From an uncultured Candidatus Saccharibacteria bacterium (lineage in GTDB: Bacteria; Patescibacteriota; Kazan-3B-28; UBA10110), in NCBI GenBank assembly GCA_964424375.1, contig CAYRIH010000002.1:1-47319 (forward strand): 47,319 nt of DNA, written 5' to 3'. Every line of letters starts with the position of its first letter. Position 1 is the stretch's first letter. The notes below the pieces were generated by a model. The model had not been told where the DNA came from. It made no database searches and worked only from the letters and a program-made list of their open reading frames with translations. Of the stretch, positions 46,579 through 47,319 are shown one piece after another. The position numbers were made by a program, and so were the translations under genes.

Positions 46579-47319
46579 ATGTCTAAAGGGTTAGTCGAAT
46601 TGAAGGAGCTCGCTCAAAAGCTATTAGAGGCTTTGCCACAAGAAGAACCTCTTACAGCCGAAGAGATTGCTGCCGTCTCTGACTGGGGTACACTAATGAA
46701 GATGTGGGAGCAGGCTCTATCTAACTCCAAGTCAGAAGGGCTGATTGAAGCCAGAATGACTGAGATCTTACCCGACCTGTTGCCTGCCATCTCTGACTGG
46801 GATGTACTGATGAAGATGCGGAGGAGCACTTTATCTGGCTCCAAGCCCAGGGAGCTGATTGAAGTCAGGATGAATGAGACACTCTCTGCCATCTCTGACT
46901 GGGATGCACTAATGGAAATGCAGACGAGTACTTTATCTGACTCCAAACTCAGAGAACTGATTAAAGCCAGAATGAATGAGGTACTCTCTACCATCTCTGA
47001 CTGGGATACACTGAGGAAGATGTATGAGCAGGCTCTATCTATCTCCAAGCCCGAAGGGCTGATTGTAGCCAGAATGGCTGAGATCTTACCCGACCTGCTG
47101 CCTACCATCTCTGACTGGAATATACTGATGGGGATGCGGCAGAGCTTTTCATCTGATTCCAAGTCCCAAAGGCTGGTTGGAGTCAGGATGAGTGAACTGG
47201 TAGAGTCGACAGACATCGCTAATCTGCCAAACTGGGTGTTGCAAGGTTTGAAAAACCCAAACAGGGTTAAATCCTTTCTCTGGGTATCTTTCATCCATCT
47301 GGCCAAAAGGATTATAGCA
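46579..47319 (+). CDS. Tandem-repeat protein (5 units of 38/34 aa), 3'-partial, runs off the window
   Basis: GGAGG SD 8 nt before the ATG; hand translation is open for 247 codons to the window end. Unit pattern ISDW(D/G/N)xLxKMxxxxLSxSKxxxLIxxRMxE, with or without ILPDLLP. Confidence 0.6.
   Translation, partial: MSKGLVELKELAQKLLEALPQEEPLTAEEIAAVSDWGTLMKMWEQALSNSKSEGLIEARMTEILPDLLPAISDWDVLMKMRRSTLSGSKPRELIEVRMNETLSAISDWDALMEMQTSTLSDSKLRELIKARMNEVLSTISDWDTLRKMYEQALSISKPEGLIVARMAEILPDLLPTISDWNILMGMRQSFSSDSKSQRLVGVRMSELVESTDIANLPNWVLQGLKNPNRVKSFLWVSFIHLAKRIIA

Noticed and set aside
46614-47306. Minus-strand 230-aa ORF from the track (repeats of SQSEM…)
   Set aside because: It is the antisense shadow of the tandem repeat. 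It is Ser-rich and low-complexity, and its 3' end runs toward the plus-strand start region. The plus strand has a promoter-like element, a well-spaced GGAGG and an uninterrupted frame. Strand choice remains an inference (about 0.6).

Overview
This is a 47.3-kb window from a low-GC, tightly packed bacterial genome. The gene content and architecture look like a small-genome Patescibacteria/CPR-type organism, but that is inference only. The standard genetic code applies, since TGA terminates recO, secD and other genes.

Most of the window is housekeeping:
- the 16S rRNA 3' end and six tRNAs
- recO, xerC/D-like, recG, tyrS, a class A PBP, tig, clpP, holB
- the rplKA and rplJL ribosomal protein clusters
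- dut and tmk, convergent with an elongated thyX-like gene
- tgt, secDF, hisS, rpsU, ybeY, ftsAZ and a class II ribonucleotide reductase

Three patches look accessory and appear GC-richer by eye; no composition was computed.
1. 41.9-46.5 kb is the best candidate for an undescribed system. It is a five-gene operon bracketed by two copies of a 71-nt double-hairpin module. The operon encodes a membrane-anchored vWA-like protein, a polytopic coiled-coil membrane protein, a doubly anchored SNase-family nuclease and two tiny membrane proteins. A 99-aa ORF bracketed by 29-bp direct repeats sits just upstream.
2. 26.7-28.9 kb holds two paralogous lipoprotein genes. They share a 252-nt near-identical 5' UTR plus signal-peptide module and flank an XRE-family regulator. 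A degenerate third copy of the module lies in front of the regulator.
3. 46.6 kb to the window end holds a tandem-repeat protein with alternating 38- and 34-aa units. The ORF track misses it because it runs off the window.

A recurrent inverted-repeat element with core CCCGTTAGA / TCTAACGGG occurs at four loci. At three of them its 3' arm abuts or contains an ATG: the comEA and HIT start codons, and a 20-codon uORF just upstream of tyrS. A further single copy of the motif abuts the tyrS ATG itself. None of these three genes has a Shine-Dalgarno sequence.
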